Origin: Eledone cirrhosa | Lineage: Eukaryota | Direction of reading: 5' to 3' | DNA length: 64,000 bases | Assembly (NCBI GenBank): GCA_964016885.1 | Contig: OZ024741.1 | Span: 292,764,001-292,828,000 of the forward strand | Shown: positions 1 to 13,646 of the stretch, one piece after another | Layout: each line of letters opens with the position of its first letter | Numbering within the stretch: the stretch's first letter is position 1 | Made by a program: the position numbers and the translations under genes | Notes under the pieces: model-generated | What the model was told of the DNA's origin: nothing | The model's input: the letters and a program-made list of their open reading frames with translations, nothing else | Database searches by the model: none

Positions 1-190
1 GGGACATTTAATTCTTCTTCTTGTTTTTGCCTGTAAAATCTGCCCAGCAATTATTTTATGAGACATTCTAACCACATGTCCATAATATTGGAGCTGTGAT
101 ATCTCAATTCGAAGAAGTAGCAGCTCTACCTGGAGTGACTCTCTGAACTCCAAGATATACACTCTATCAAGTAACATTACTTCAAAGATT
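1..190 (-). mobile_element. Degenerate RTE-type LINE 3' fragment
   Basis: 78-188 is similar to 6320-6425, which adjoins an RT fragment; 1-90 is similar in reverse complement to 47690-47780, which encodes a 'GHVVRM' thumb-like motif. Confidence 0.55.
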
Positions 191-2774
191 AAAATATGGT
201 TTCCAGATTCAATCCTTTGCCTAGCTCAGAAATATCATTGTAGTGCCGTGTGGAAATTATACCAAACAAAGCAAACTCATTTCAATAAGATAACGAAGAT
301 CAACTAACAGCCAGATAAAAAAAAAACATCACTAAAACAATCAGGTTTTTCTTTCTTTTTTGTTTTCTTTTTGTTGATATTGAAATAATTCTGTTTTAAC
401 AAGATTCTTTCTGTAATTATGTTTTCATATTTTCAGCACAAAAGGAATATAGACTCATTAAGTATGTCTATTGCATCTGGTAGAAATGGTAGTGTAACTC
501 ACTCCGTGCTACCCCTATCCCCAAACAGGAGTCCTCTATGAGTTTATTTTTGACTTGTTTTAATTTTAAAAATTTCCATTTTAAATTAAATTTTTTTTAC
601 ACATTCCCCCTTCCCTCCACTGTCAGCAGCTGGTGTTTAAAGAACAAACTTAGAATGTAATAACATTTCCAATTATTGCATTTTGGTCCCAACTGCCCAA
701 ATGCGAACACTTTAATGTGAACAGCACTGAAAAGTTGTGTCTGTGTGGTGGTTATATATATACATATATATAGACACACACATATATACAGTTGTATTGA
801 TAGCGGTCTATGGAGCATTTCGCACTTCACCGGAAATTTTGTTTAATGTAATTTATAGATTTTATTTAGCCAAGTCTCCTTTAGCTTTAATAATGAATGT
901 TGTTCTTGACATGATGACATAAAATTAGCAACCTAATTAGTAACCAAGTAGTGAATTGTCAGAAACATTATTCATTCCTGGGCATTGTGTTTTGGGTTCC
1001 AATCCTGCAACGGTGGAATCATTAATATGCTAGGCAAGACATGTTGTAGTGTAGTAATATGAGGAGGCACTGAAAATGTCCTGTCTTTAAGAGTATTGCA
1101 AAAGGGTAGAGCTGTTACCTTTACGAGGGAGGTAGGACAACTATTTAGAAGTTCATATTACTTCTTATTCAGACATTATATAATGCTGTTGTTATTGTTA
1201 GTTGTAGTGGTTGTGGTATATTTTCTTGTACCCAAAGCCAGGAATTTTTCAGCACCTCCTTTTAAATGTTTTTTTTTTAAATTCCAGCCCAAATTTTTAT
1301 TAAAATCCTGCTGCCACCTATAAGCTATCATGAAATGGATTGGAGCTTCTCAATCTATCTATACACCACCCATAGTTAACCATGCATTAGTGTGCCAGGA
1401 ATTGCCACCGGTAGATAGTATTAGCAATTGGAAAGACTAATGGAAACATTGGATCCTAGTGTGATCTAAGGCATTCAACCTGTTGAGATGTGGATGATAA
1501 TTGATGAAAGTCAAACTTATTTCATATTATCACCACATTGTAAAGATCACCACATTGCTGTCTTTTAGCAAAGTAGGACAGATCATTTTCCTCTGTCTGA
1601 TGCCTAAGATGAAACAGTTTATATATGTAAATATGACTGCTATTGCTCCATTCATCCACAAAACATTGAGCAAACATGCTACACTAAATGCCAACCTATA
1701 CTCTTGCTATACCAACCCAACCCAACCCATGACCCAACCTCCAAGCTGGGCAAACAAAATGTGGAACACTCAACTTCCCAAACTTGGCAAATCAAACGTG
1801 GCGCAACAGCCACCAAATGAGGGAAATTGACATTGTCAAGCTGCAGCTGTCATATAACATAGTTTCTATCAAATAAAGCTATTATTATCGGTAGCGAGTA
1901 TGACCCCATTACTTTATATAGTAGATGTAATCAAAAGTGGGACAGGTAGGTTACCTTTGTCTGGGGCCTATGATCAAAGAGTTTATATAGTAGACATGGT
2001 CTAAAGGGCTGAGAAGCAAACATTATCTCCTCAACCAACATTCCTATTCAAATATAATTGGAAACAGAATGTAAATGTGGAGACATAGGTGGTAACCTCC
2101 AGAAAATCTTATGAAAGTTGGGTGCATGTGAGCAAGGGTTCTGAAGGTGATTTTGCATGGCAGACAGGACTTCTTTTATGTCCAAGGAAAAAGGGTGGGT
2201 TCCACTCAAAATTCAAGTGGGCTGAGGTGTATATAACAGTTTAGAGTATGATCAATCAGATATTCACAATCCACTCTCTAGTCCACGGATTGGTGTATCA
2301 GCTAGCCTACCTCCATCTTATGGTGAGAAGGCCAATTATTTGCAGTCACGTGAGGGCTTGGAGTGTCTGACTTGAAAAGTGATCACATTCATGGGAGCTC
2401 TATGTGATATCGTTTCTCCCTGCTTTGTGTATAGGTATGCTTGTTTGTATATATTTATATTTTGTATTTAATCTTTTTGAGAAACAGATTAAAAGATAAA
2501 AGATAAAATGTGATATTTTAATTACCAAACAAATTTCCAAACAATGATGCTCCTTGTATCATTAGTTATTAAAGTGTTTGTTCTCCGTTTCTGTCTGTAT
2601 TTATTTGGACATTATAAGTCATTTATCGAATGATAACTGTACTGTACTGTACTGTACTGTTGCCTACACATTAAGCATGTTAAGGACATTTTCCCTGCTA
2701 AAGCAGAGATTAGCTGTGTGGGCCTCAGGTTCGAAACACCAGCTTATTACACCATTTTACTAAATCCCATCAAA

Positions 2775-2944
2775 TGCCAGTCCATTACAGGGTTAAAACC
2801 CTAGCTATTGCTGATACTCATTTTCAGCTGAATATACTGGAGTAATGTGAAATTAAATGTTGTGCTCAAGAACACAACACTGAACCTAGTCCAGCAATGG
2901 AACCCACAACATTATGATCATAAGTCCAACACACTTACCACTAG
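2775..2944 (-). mobile_element. tRNA-derived CORE-like SINE (family C), degenerate
   Basis: Minus strand reads TAGTGGTAAG...GGGTTCCAT (A/B-box-like) followed by TGTGTTCTTGAGCACAACA; homologous copies at 8660-8830, 30320-30575 and 46775-47000. Confidence 0.7.
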
Positions 2945-3239
2945 TGTGAAAATCAGAAAATTATATGCAGAGAGGAGAAAAAATTCCTTAGATTCATCTT
3001 CATCATACTATATCTAATGAACAAACTGGTTTAATCTGATTGGAATGTCACTAAGTGATGGTTGAATGCTAACAAACTATGGAGCACGACATGATTTCCA
3101 ATAATTGGTGCCATTGTGTATGATCACTGATAAACAGATTATCATCTTATTGATTCCAATATTAATTAATATCGATGAGTATGCAAGAATCATGAAAAGG
3201 AGAATTAAGATCCTTCAACAAATCAATCTAAATTCCTCC

Positions 3240-3710
3240 CATTTCTCACCAGGGCCACCATAACCTTCCACACCCCCACCACCATACCAACTACCAGGGC
3301 CACCATAACCATCACCTTCTCCACCACCACAACAACAACAATCATGAACAATGAGAATACCACTGCCATCACAGCCAACGCCTGCAACACCACCAATAGT
3401 AACAACCCCACTAATACCAGCACTACCAACATTAACATCACCATCATCACCACAACCAACACCACCACAACCACTATCAATATCATCATCATCATTACAA
3501 TCACCAGCACCAGCATCAACATCCCCACCAACATCACAACCAACATCAACACCACGAGCAATACCATCACCACCACCAATACCTACATCCCCACTATCAC
3601 AAAAACCAGCACTACCAATGTCATCAACAGCTACCTCAAAACCACCACCACTGTCCCTACCACCACCAACTACAACAGCCACAACCAGCACCATCACCAC
3701 CACTAACATC
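3240..3710. repeat. Degenerate (CAC/CAA/CAT)n trinucleotide low-complexity tract
   Basis: Triplet periodicity; open frames on both strands give Thr/Pro/Gly/Val homopolymer-like peptides. Confidence 0.85.
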
Positions 3711-4462
3711 TCTGTCCTAGTTTTCTATACAATTACTAAGATGATCCAGTTGGATCCACTGGAATTCTCCTTCAGTAAATTACGGAAGAACTATGTAGCA
3801 ATGTGGGGAAAATTGAAGTACCCGTATTTCTTCATTAATTTTTAATTTCTTGGTCCTTTGATGTCATGTAATAGGGATATAATAAGGAAGGGTCACCATT
3901 TCCATTGTTATTAAAGGCTCTATAATTTGGTGGTGGTGGTGGTGGCTATAGTCATGGTGGTCATAATAGTGGTGTTGGTAGTAGTAGTAGTATTGGTGGT
4001 AGTGGAGAGAATGTGGATTTATCTCAGCTATTTCTATCTCTAGAAGTAATTTTACAAATTGCATCATTGAAATAAGCTACCTATCCAATGACCTACAACC
4101 AATCAAAACTACTCTAACCTCTATCATAACATCTAAATTATTGCCATTTCCATTGCTTACACCCACTATTTTTAAATCGGTTAATAAAGAAGCCTCTATG
4201 TTGAAGCTGCATTGAATGTTAACAATAGTAGCATCCAAATCTCCTTCAAATGTTTTTCTAAATTGTCTCTTGGTTTAAAAATTCATGTTCTGTACTACAT
4301 AAAACTGCATTAGCATGTATGACAAAAGCTTTGACAATTAAATAAACAACCATCCAGGTATTAAACTAACCAACAGAAAATTGTAATAATAAACTGAAGT
4401 GAACTGGTGTGTGTGTGTTTGTATTGGCATTATAACCGACCCTCCCTAACTATAACAATATA

Positions 4463-4504
<42 letters not shown>

Positions 4505-4516
4505 TATATATATATA

Positions 4517-4692
4517 TTGTTTCTATTTTGGCACAAGGCCAGCAATAACCCAGTGCATTATTGGTACTTTATTTTATCGACCCCGTAAGGATGAAAGGCA
4601 AAGTTAACCTCGGCGGGATTTGAGCTCAGATCATAAAGGGCCGTAACTCTATGCTACAAAGCATGGTGTCCGACTCTCTACCAATACTGCCA
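4517..4692 (-). mobile_element. tRNA-derived SINE (family B)
   Basis: Head TGGCAGTATTGGTAGAG...GAGCTCAAATCCCGCC, core GCCTTTCATCCTTACGGGGTCGATAAAATAAAGTACC, tail GGCCTTGTGCCAAAATAGAAAC; many copies in the window. Confidence 0.85.
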
Positions 4693-5416
4693 TATATAAT
4701 GTGTATTTATTTTCTGTCACAAGAGCTTGTATGGAAGTAGAAGATTGTCTTATGACAGAGAGTGAATGAACAAAAGAATTATATGAGAGTGGATTAGAGC
4801 AAGTGGTTAGTTTTATACAGCTTTAACCCTTTTATGGCTATGTTTTGAATGAAATACACTGAATTTTAATTAATTAATGAAGAATTCAGAAGGATTTGCT
4901 TAAATTATTAATTATTTCATTATGAAGATATTATTCAAAACATAATTTAACAAATGACACTCATATAAAATTATGTAAGAAGGTTTTAATTTAAATAGGA
5001 ACCTTTTAAAATATATGATAGAGCTAGAGGCGGTTTCAGGCAAGTTGACATGAAAAATGTTAAACAAAATGAGAAATAAAAACAATATTAATACACAGAT
5101 AAATAACAATGGAAAACTTGAAATCTTTAAGGAATTCATAGTGTTTCTATGAATATTATGATGGATGAAAGAACTTCTGAAAACATGACAGTTATAATTT
5201 AATATTTCAATATTTTGTAAATAATATTGTAACATTTTTAATTAAATTTTTATTACTTTCATTATCCCTTCTAGTACTAAACCACCTGACACAGCTCATA
5301 GTTCGTTCTATGATGAAAATAGTGTGTTTAAAGGTGTTTATATATAAATTAAAAGCATTCAGTAATGATTTTATGTGAAAAGGTTTTGTTATGCTATGCA
5401 TCAAACATTTGCTTAA

Positions 5417-5656
5417 CCCTTTCATTACCATATTTCTAATGAAAGGCACATCCTATGATTTTCAAATAATTTTGAAAATCCACATGAAATTGAAGAGATT
5501 TGGTTTCTCACTATTCATCTGGTGTTTGGAACATAACTTAAAAAGTTTTTTATACAAATATAATGGATGGTTTTGAAATGAATATAACCAATTTTAAACA
5601 AAAGACTTAAAACCATGAAACCAGGGGTGATATTACTTGGGTTGGCATCAAAAGGA
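5417..5656. mobile_element. piggyBac-like MITE (TTAA-flanked, CCCTTT...AAAGG ends)
   Basis: TTAA|CCCTTTCATTACC...GGCATCAAAAGGA|TTAA; related degenerate copies at ~4823-5050, 17180-17410, 36760-37010 and 41190-41430. Confidence 0.55.
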
Positions 5657-6319
5657 TTAATATATTAGTTGATCATAAAGTTAGACATTCTTTTATAATT
5701 TCTCCATATTATTAATTATTTTCAAGATTAACTGGAATTTAAAACTGTTTATTTCTTTGAAAATATACTTACCGAAAGGGTTAAACCATGTCGTGTACCA
5801 GTGAAAATGTTATAAATTAGAGTCATGTTTGACAAACACAAGGCTTATGTCTTATATTGTTGTGACCGATCATTTTTGGCAGGCTCTAACATATTTACAA
5901 TCATTGCTCCTAGCCTTTTGGCTCTGATCAAAATGTAATATTTTACTATTGAATATAAAATGTAAAGTCTTTAGGTGAGACATTTATCTCTGTTTTAACC
6001 CTTTATTTAATAAAACTGTCATTTTTGACAACGCAAGTAAACATATCTAGAATATTCAGTCATATATATGTTAATATAATGAATAAGTAGTTCAGTTAAA
6101 CAAACAACAGTATTAATCCTTATTGAAACTGACAAAGGATTCATTTACTATTTACTTTACATACACCTGCACACACACACACACTCACACACACACACAC
6201 ACACATGTATACATATAGATACAAAGAGCAAAATCCAAAATCGATAAGAGTTGTGTATATATATATATAAGTATATATAAACTTGTAGAGCAAATATTTA
6301 TCATTAGTACAGATGCCCA

Positions 6320-7010
6320 TAGTATCGGAGTTGTGATCTCTCAATTCAAAGAAGCAATGGATCTACTTGGAATGACTCTCTGATTTCTGAGCTATACATT
6401 CTATCGAGTAATATTACTCCAAGGACCCTTCAGAACAACCCCACTGTGGCCGCTTGTATTCATGATCATATTTTTTCAGTCATTACTCAAGATTTATGAC
6501 CATAGGTAAGGCTTGGCATATAAATATGAAATTGAAGATAACAAGTTTGGCTTTTACACCTACCTCCATTCTGATTACCAAATGTGGAAGTTAGCGCATT
6601 ACTGTGCCATCTCCTGCAATTCTTGCACTTAATTCATCCTCTTGATTTCCATCACTCATCAACAAGTCCCCGAGATATTTGAACTTCTCCACCTGCTTCA
6701 GTGGAATTCCATTCACATGTAGAGTGCACTGCACTTGGCATCAAAACCTATCAAGTGCAAGTTGGAAATCACCTTCTGTCGAGATAAGTGACACCATGTC
6801 TTCTGCAAATTCCAGGTATAAAATCAGTTTGCAAATTCCAGCCAGCTGATTTTACATTCACCAGTCATGATACCACTTCCAACCCCGCTGTACATGTTAA
6901 TCCTGTCCATGAAAATAATGAACATGAGCGGTGACAGTACACACCCTTGGCAGAGTCTGACTCCCACATTAAATGGCTTCAATTTAGCACTATTTATCCA
7001 AACACAAAGA
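6320..7010 (-). mobile_element. Degenerate RTE-type LINE RT fragment
   Basis: ORF 6824..7024 contains FNVGVRLCQGCVLSPLMFIIFMDRI (RT QG..LSP motif); downstream 'EQVEKFKYLG' is readable near 6670-6700. Confidence 0.8.
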
Positions 7011-7461
7011 CTATATATAGGCATGTATGTATCATCAAAATCATCATCACTTTATATCTGTTTTCTATACTGGGGTGGGTTGCATAAACCATTATGGTTT
7101 AGGATGAGATAGGCTGGAGACACCTCATACTACTCATACATTCCACATTTTGCATGATGTCTGTGGCTGGAGGTTCTTTCTAATGCCAACCATACACACA
7201 ACCACAGAGAGACTTAATTTTTACATCTATATTTTCATGGTGGCATGGTTTGGACAGGTCACACTAATGGTCACCTTCACATTCTGATGTCAACTGTTTT
7301 ATTCAACTCTTACAACTTGCAAGAGCACACTGTACCTATCCTTTAACCCAGACCCCCCCCTCCCACAAACACACATATTTGTGTATATATATATATATAT
7401 ATTCTTTTTCTTCCTCGTCTCACTATCTATCTATGTATTTCATCTTTTATTTCTCATTCTA

Positions 7462-7496
7462 TCTTAGGATAAAGGACTAGTGTCTGAAATGTAAAG
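7462..7496 (+). ncRNA. Highly degenerate hammerhead remnant (same family as 58152-58187)
   Basis: TCTT-AGGATAA-AGGAC-TAGT-GTCT-GAAATGTA-AAG; the following ~60 nt align with the sequence after 58187. Confidence 0.35.
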
Positions 7497-8659
7497 CCTC
7501 TTTTCCTACTATATCGAGCATTAAACTAATATTTTTCTTCATTGTACCGTGTTATTTCCATTTACATTTTGTATATATGTATAAATGATAATACAGACGC
7601 AAACATATACAAATATATATATATATATACAAATATATATATAAACAATTCACATATACAGACATTGACCTATTCATGCATGTGTCTGTGTGTAAGAGTG
7701 CTACTACTGTACACGTGTACAGTTTACAAATATCCAGAAATTTATGTAATCCTATAAATCAGAGTAATAGCAATTCCTTACCACATTGATTTCCATTTAG
7801 AAATGTACCATTCCTAATTCTTTTCTTAACTTATAGATTTTTATACTGCAGCAACATGAACAAGATGATGATGATACTGCAAGCTTTAGCTGACATATCA
7901 AGTAGCTTCATTCTAACAGAATACTAGATATTATTAATTTCTCTAAGTCCCTGATTTAATTAAGCCATTTGATCAATGCTTCCTAAGAATATCTTTTTTA
8001 TATTTCCCTTTTTTCTTTTTTCCTTACTTTTTAAGGGTGAGGCAAGTATTTGCAGCAATAAATGAATTATATTATCCATAGAAGTATGAGGAAATAGATG
8101 TAGAATATTGATATATATCGTTATCATCATCATCATCATTATTATCGTGTTCATTTTACCAAGCTTCTATAGGTTGGACACAATATATTTATGACAGGAT
8201 TTCTCTTACCTGGGGCCCTTCCTGACACTAACTCATGTGTTATTCTAAGCATAGAAAATACTAGCAATCTTTATTGAACATCTACACTGCCTGCCATAAT
8301 AGAAAGATTGAAATATGTTGTGTCTTGCCATATTGCAGTGATATTTGGTGGTCTTGATCAATTGGTGATGGTTTCTTTTGACAGGACTTGCTGGAAGGTG
8401 TGTTTGAGGATTCTGACCTCCATGACTCTTACAGGAGGAGATATTTAGTGTGTGTTTGATTGAGATATATGTAGGTTATCATGGTTAATATAAAACAATA
8501 GGTTTTTGGGGTTCAAGTGCTTTTACTTAGAAGGTGCTCTGCAGAGATATGAAGCTGATGCATCAAGGAGTGAGGCCTGTAGTAGTGCCATTCTGTCAAT
8601 GTGGGATATGTATGTTACTCCATCAATATACTGCCAGCATGATATTCCCCCATCTCTGA

Positions 8660-8830
8660 AGCCCACTTAAACCCCCAGCTATTGCTAGTACTCAATTTCA
8701 GCTGAATATAATTGAACAATGGGAAATGAAACGTTTTGCCTAAGAACACAACATACAACCCAGTTCAGGAATTGAATCGACGACATTATAATCATAAGTC
8801 CAACACACTTACCATTAGGCAATGTACTTC
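8660..8830 (-). mobile_element. SINE family C copy
   Basis: Homologous to 2775-2944. Confidence 0.7.
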
Positions 8831-10289
8831 CACAACTTGTTTAATGGTTCAGTGAAAGAATTCTGATGGTGAGAAATCACCTGACAACCTTAATCAGAAT
8901 TTGAAAACTTATCTAAAAGAACAGAAAAATCCTAGTGAGTGGAGAGTGAACAAAGAATGTTATGTGACTTAAGAAACTTGTCTAAGAACACTGTAAGATT
9001 TGGGTAATTAAGAAATAAGCTGACAACCATATAAGACTTAAGAACCTTGTCTAAGATCTCAGTGAAATGCTGGTGATGAGGAAAAGAATTAATGATTATT
9101 CAGTCAATGGAAGAACATCTTACTGTCAGACCAGAAAACATTAACCTGTGTGTTAGCAACCCACCTGAAACTGCCATTGGTTCTACAATAATGTTTGTTT
9201 TGAAGTGTTTGTATTCATCTAAAAGCCTTCTATAATGATTTAATGTAAGAATGTTTAAGCTCTAAATATCCAGATAAATAATGGAATAGTAAGCTATATC
9301 ATAAGTCTTTCTTCTTCTTCTTCTTCTTCTTCTTCTTCTTCTTCTTCTTCTTGAGAGAGAGAATTGTGGGGACAGAGTCCTCAAACAATGATAGTCTTGC
9401 TATAGAGTTGGCAAAGGGAAAAGCATCTGTATTGTTGTACAACATACTAGAAACAGCGGGTTCAACTTCCTCCTAAATTACACCTTGCTGAATTGAAAAT
9501 AGGACACATTTGGGAGATATAATCATGGATAAGGTATACCTGAAAAACAAAACAGGATGGTCATAGTTGTGAATATCTTTGAACATAGCTCTATTACATC
9601 ACAGCTGTTCAGAAGCTAACCCCAAATAACACCTTCACTGTTATGATGAAATAAAGTATCTGTCCAGGTTTGGCAGAATTTTTAGAGCATTAAAGTAAAA
9701 TTGCATGGCTTAGAGGATTCATAATTGTGAGATTGCCAGTTTGTTTCCCAGACTAGGCGAAGTGTTATTTCCTTGAGCAAGACACTTTATTTCATGCTGT
9801 TCTTTCTGCCAGGAGTTGTGACTGGGAGATAGTATCAGCGATGGAAACATTGTTTCCATGGTCCAATTTGACAAGTTCCCCCCAACTCTGTAAACGATGT
9901 CTGGGATCATGTTGATCAATGAAGCATTGAATGAAATGCCTTGTGCTATCTGTTTTGGTTGTAGACTGTTCAAGTTCAAATATCACTATGGCCTTGCTAC
10001 TGCTGCAAGTTCATAATCTTTTTTTGTGTGTGTGTGTGTGTGGGGGGAACTCTATGTAGCCTTTGGGTGTCTATATTGGAGCTGACTCTGTTGCAAACAT
10101 TCTGGCCAAGTCTTCAGTTGAGGATACCTTCCTCCCACCCTCGATCCCATCAGTCTCAAGGTACCTAGAAATGGTGTTGGGAATTGCCATTCCCTCTCTG
10201 ACTAATCAGTAAAAAGCATCATGTTTATCTATTAAAAGAATATCTGTTGGTGTATTTAAATAATCGACCATAGCATACTTAAATATGCA

Positions 10290-10590
10290 TAGACAGAAAC
10301 TGGGTATGAGAGGAATCAGAAGTAGTGTGCAGGAGAGGGGACTGCATTGATAAGGATATATGATGCACATAGATGATGATAGCTGGGTGAAGAAGGGCCA
10401 AATAATCCCAGTGGAAGAAAGCCGCAGTAGAAGAAGACCAAGGAAGAACTGGATGGAAGTGTTGAGAGCTGATTTCAAACTGCTAAAACTCATGGAAGAG
10501 ATGACAAAGGAACATAACAAGTGGAGAGGTGCTGTACTGAAAAAGACCTATCCCACCTATGCAAGTGTTGAACAACAGACATGCTTTCTA
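10290..10590 (+). mobile_element. RTE LINE 3' fragment
   Basis: Peptide MMHIDDDSWVKKGQIIPVEESRSRRRPRKNW matches the C-terminus of the RTE copy at 14821-15945. Confidence 0.8.
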
Positions 10591-10704
10591 GTATAGTTAC
10601 GTCCCTTTACAGTCTGAGTTCAAATCCTGCTGAGGTTAACTTTGTGGTGCTATTAAGTTAGACATGGCCTGGGCCAATACTGGCCGAATCAAAGTCAAAG
10701 TTAT

Positions 10705-10801
<97 letters not shown>

Positions 10802-11011
10802 TTTACGTATCGAGAAAGAGAGAAAAAGGAGGGATAGGTGATACATATAGTTATTTGCCAAGTAGCGTATGCCAAAGGTGCTCGATACTAGTGCCGGCAG
10901 TATTAAATATTCGAAGTGTTAATATTTAGTGGGCTAGAGAGTTAGCAGAGCGTAAGCACGTGGGAAAGTAAAAAATCGGAGAATAGACCGTTAAAACATG
11001 TTTATTTAAAA

Positions 11012-11056
11012 TATCACCTACGTACGTTTCGCCCAGTTGGGCTTCTCAAGGGCATA
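11012..11056 (-). ncRNA. Minimal type-I hammerhead ribozyme, U3-A8 core variant
   Basis: Minus strand: TATGCCC TTGAGAA GCCC-AACT-GGGC GAAA CGTACG TA GGTGATA. It has a 4-bp stem II, palindromic stem III ACGTACGT and a GUA cleavage triplet. Confidence 0.85.
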
Positions 11057-11346
11057 AATAATCACAAGTGTTCCTTATATAGTTCGGAAAGAGTTTTGGG
11101 GGTTAAATCCACATCAAGATTCATTGCTCGCAAAAATATCTTGTTTTGATTTTGCAGCAGGTCAAGGGAGGTAACTCTGGCTGGTGTTAGGGCAGTCTTT
11201 CCCGGATAATTTTTTTTTTTTCTTTTTTTTTTTCCCGTTTGTCTGAGGCTGGGTCTGGTATGCAAGGATTGTTTTCTGGGTGTTATTTTGCTGCGCCTGC
11301 CCGCCGGGGTGTTAAGACTTGTTGCAGGGAGATCCAGTGTACTATT

Positions 11347-13259
11347 TCACTCTTCATTCTTAACCCATCTAAAGAAGGATATTTTTAAGCGATGTGTACA
11401 ACTTATCGCTGTTTCAGCTCTGCTGTTGATGAGCTCGTGGGGTGCAGTTATGATGTGGTAGAGCTCCATGAGGCAAAGATCGCATTTCCTCTTGAAGTTG
11501 TACGGTGCAGCCCTGCCGACAATCTCCCAGTGCGTGGAGAAGCTAATGTTTAAGTCCTTTAGTGATGTGATGTAGTCCGCGAGCGAGGTGGAGTGCCTTA
11601 GTTTTCTATTTGTGAAAGAGTGGAGATGTGTTCGAAACCTAATTTTGAACGGGCCGGAGGTGGCCCCTATATAATGTTTAACGCTGTTGTGGCTAGTAAT
11701 AGTGCATCTATATATAACCCTATCGGTAAAGCAGTATCCTCTAAGGGGGCATCGTCCTCTGTCGCGGCAGTTGCAATTTCTGTCGCGGTTCCGTCTATTT
11801 CCCACGATAAGGCTATCATTGTTGCTGCCTACGTTGCTAGCTGCGCTACCGCAGCTGTCGTTAGCACAATTACAACCCACAGCACGCGGGATGGTGCGAT
11901 TGTTATTCCGCACGCCATGTTCTGCATGTTCCCCAGTCCCTTCGCGGTCATTCTGGTTGCGTCTGCGGATGCCGTTGCCAACACTATTGGATGCTGTCAG
12001 GGAGTTGTTAAGGTCGATACAGTTATTGTCAGGTGTAGGTGCGTCTGCGTCGAGGTGATGTGTCTTGGTGATCTTACTCTGGTTCGTTGTTCCTATGATG
12101 TCTGCTAGGTTAGGAGTAGTAGAGAAGGATATTTTTATATTGTTCCTATTAAGAATTTTTCTATACCAATGGTTGGGTGGGAAGTTCTTCTCTAAGGCTT
12201 CGAAGAATATCCGGGGTATGTTGGAGGCCACACTTCGAGAGTAGGGGGGGTGGAACCATAGGACGTTACGGTGGCGATTACGCGTCCTTGTACTTTTGCT
12301 ACGGGTGGTTCCATCTAAGTGATCGCTCTTATGTGTGTTAATGCGCTGTCGCCCGTTCGGTGCCCCTTTCACTTTATGCTCGGGTGCACTCTTTCTACCA
12401 CTTCCATGTTTATGTACACGAAGATGTTGGTTGGAAGGCGTTGGTAGTAGGCCGTCGCCTTTGTTGGTTTTGTAATAGGGGAATAGTTTGAGTAATCTAC
12501 AGTATTCACCGTCGCCGGGGACGTGATCTTTGGTGCGGTTATCTATTCTATTATATCCGACTTTAACGAGGTCGCCGCGTGATCGGTTATAGGTATGGCT
12601 TACTATAACGTTAGTTTTATGAGGGGGGTGGTTTCTAGAGCTAGCGTTAGGGATGTAGGAGATTCCTCGGTTAAAGCCGGCGCTTATCAGGGCCCTATTG
12701 TAGTAATCAGCCGCTTGGTTGAAGATATCCTCATTGGCGGATAGCCTCGAGATTCTATGTGAGATACTATAGACTATGGAGTTGAGAGTCTGCTTAGGGT
12801 GGTTGGAGGCATAATTAATATAAGAGAGGCACTCTCCAGGCTTATGGTATGGCTTGTATAAGCCCGTACTCAACTCCAGGGTCACGTCCAGGAAGTTGAC
12901 AACCCTGTGGTTGAGGTCCATAGTTACGGATAGGCCGTATGACTTAAAGAACCTGTGTATATGTTTGTTAAGGTTCTCTATCCTACGGGGGCTATAGTTC
13001 CTAACGGTAAACAGGGCGTCGTCCCTATATACACCTCCTTGTAGGGCCGGTATTTCTTCCCTAAGCTTATGTAGGAGGTATATCCCAACCAGGTCAGTTG
13101 CTTGCGCTGAGTCGCTGGACCCCATCGTGACATCGAAGTTATCAGGACGGTTGGTTCTGGTCCAGTGGGAGCCTTCGAACTGGATAATGGTTCTACGTGC
13201 CGCTAGAATTATGTCTATTTCTTTTTTGGTGAGGCTAGTGTTAGATCTAGCTAAGATAA
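11347..13259 (-). CDS. PLE reverse transcriptase (C-terminal part) + Cys-rich linker + GIY-YIG endonuclease; N-terminus missing
   Basis: Motifs TMGS, GVYRDD, VNFLDVTL, YKPYHKP..SNHP, WFHPPYS, CNCR..CPLRGYC, VIY...HYIG..RFRTH, CDLCLME, SCTH. The first 11 aa of the listed ORF derive from TA/target DNA. Confidence 0.93.
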
Positions 13260-13324
13260 GTGCCTCCATATATATATATATATATGGAGGCATATATATA
13301 TATATATATATATATATGGAGGCA

Positions 13325-13637
13325 CTAGATCTAACACTAGCCTCACCAAAGAAGAAATAGACATAATTCTAGCGGCACGTAGAACCATTATCCAGTTCGA
13401 AGGCTCCCACTGGACCAGAACCAACCGTCCTGATAACTTCGATGTCACGATGGGGTCCAGCGACTCAGCGCAAGCAACTGACCTGGTTGGGATATACCTC
13501 CTACATAAGCTTAGGGAAGAAATACCGGCCCTACAAGGAGGTGTATATAGGGACGACGCCCTGTTTACCGTTAGGAACTATAGTCCCCGTAGGATAGAGA
13601 ACCTTAACAAACATATACACAGGTTCTTTAAGTCATA
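13325..13637 (+). mobile_element. Inverted partial duplicate of the PLE 5' end
   Basis: Near-identical reverse complement of ~12937-13251; ORF 13450..13722 repeats MGSSDSAQATDLVG...YRDD. Confidence 0.95.
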
Positions 13638-13646
13638 TATATATAT

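Larger units (their letters stand above)
10799..13259 (-). mobile_element. Penelope-like retroelement (PLE), 5'-truncated, with HHR-bearing 3' terminal region, ending in (TA)n
   Basis: Long uninterrupted RT-GIY-YIG ORF, a 3' HHR at 11012-11056 followed by AATAAA, and an inverted partial 5' copy; all are typical PLE features. Confidence 0.95.

Noticed and set aside
3215-3845. Mucin-, extensin- or Gly-rich ORFs
   Set aside because: Multiple frames on both strands are open because of a degenerate trinucleotide repeat; no splice or domain evidence.
13260-13293. Start codon and N-terminus MPPYIYIYMEA of the 648-aa ORF
   Set aside because: Derived from target (TA)n/SINE-head filler, not from the element.
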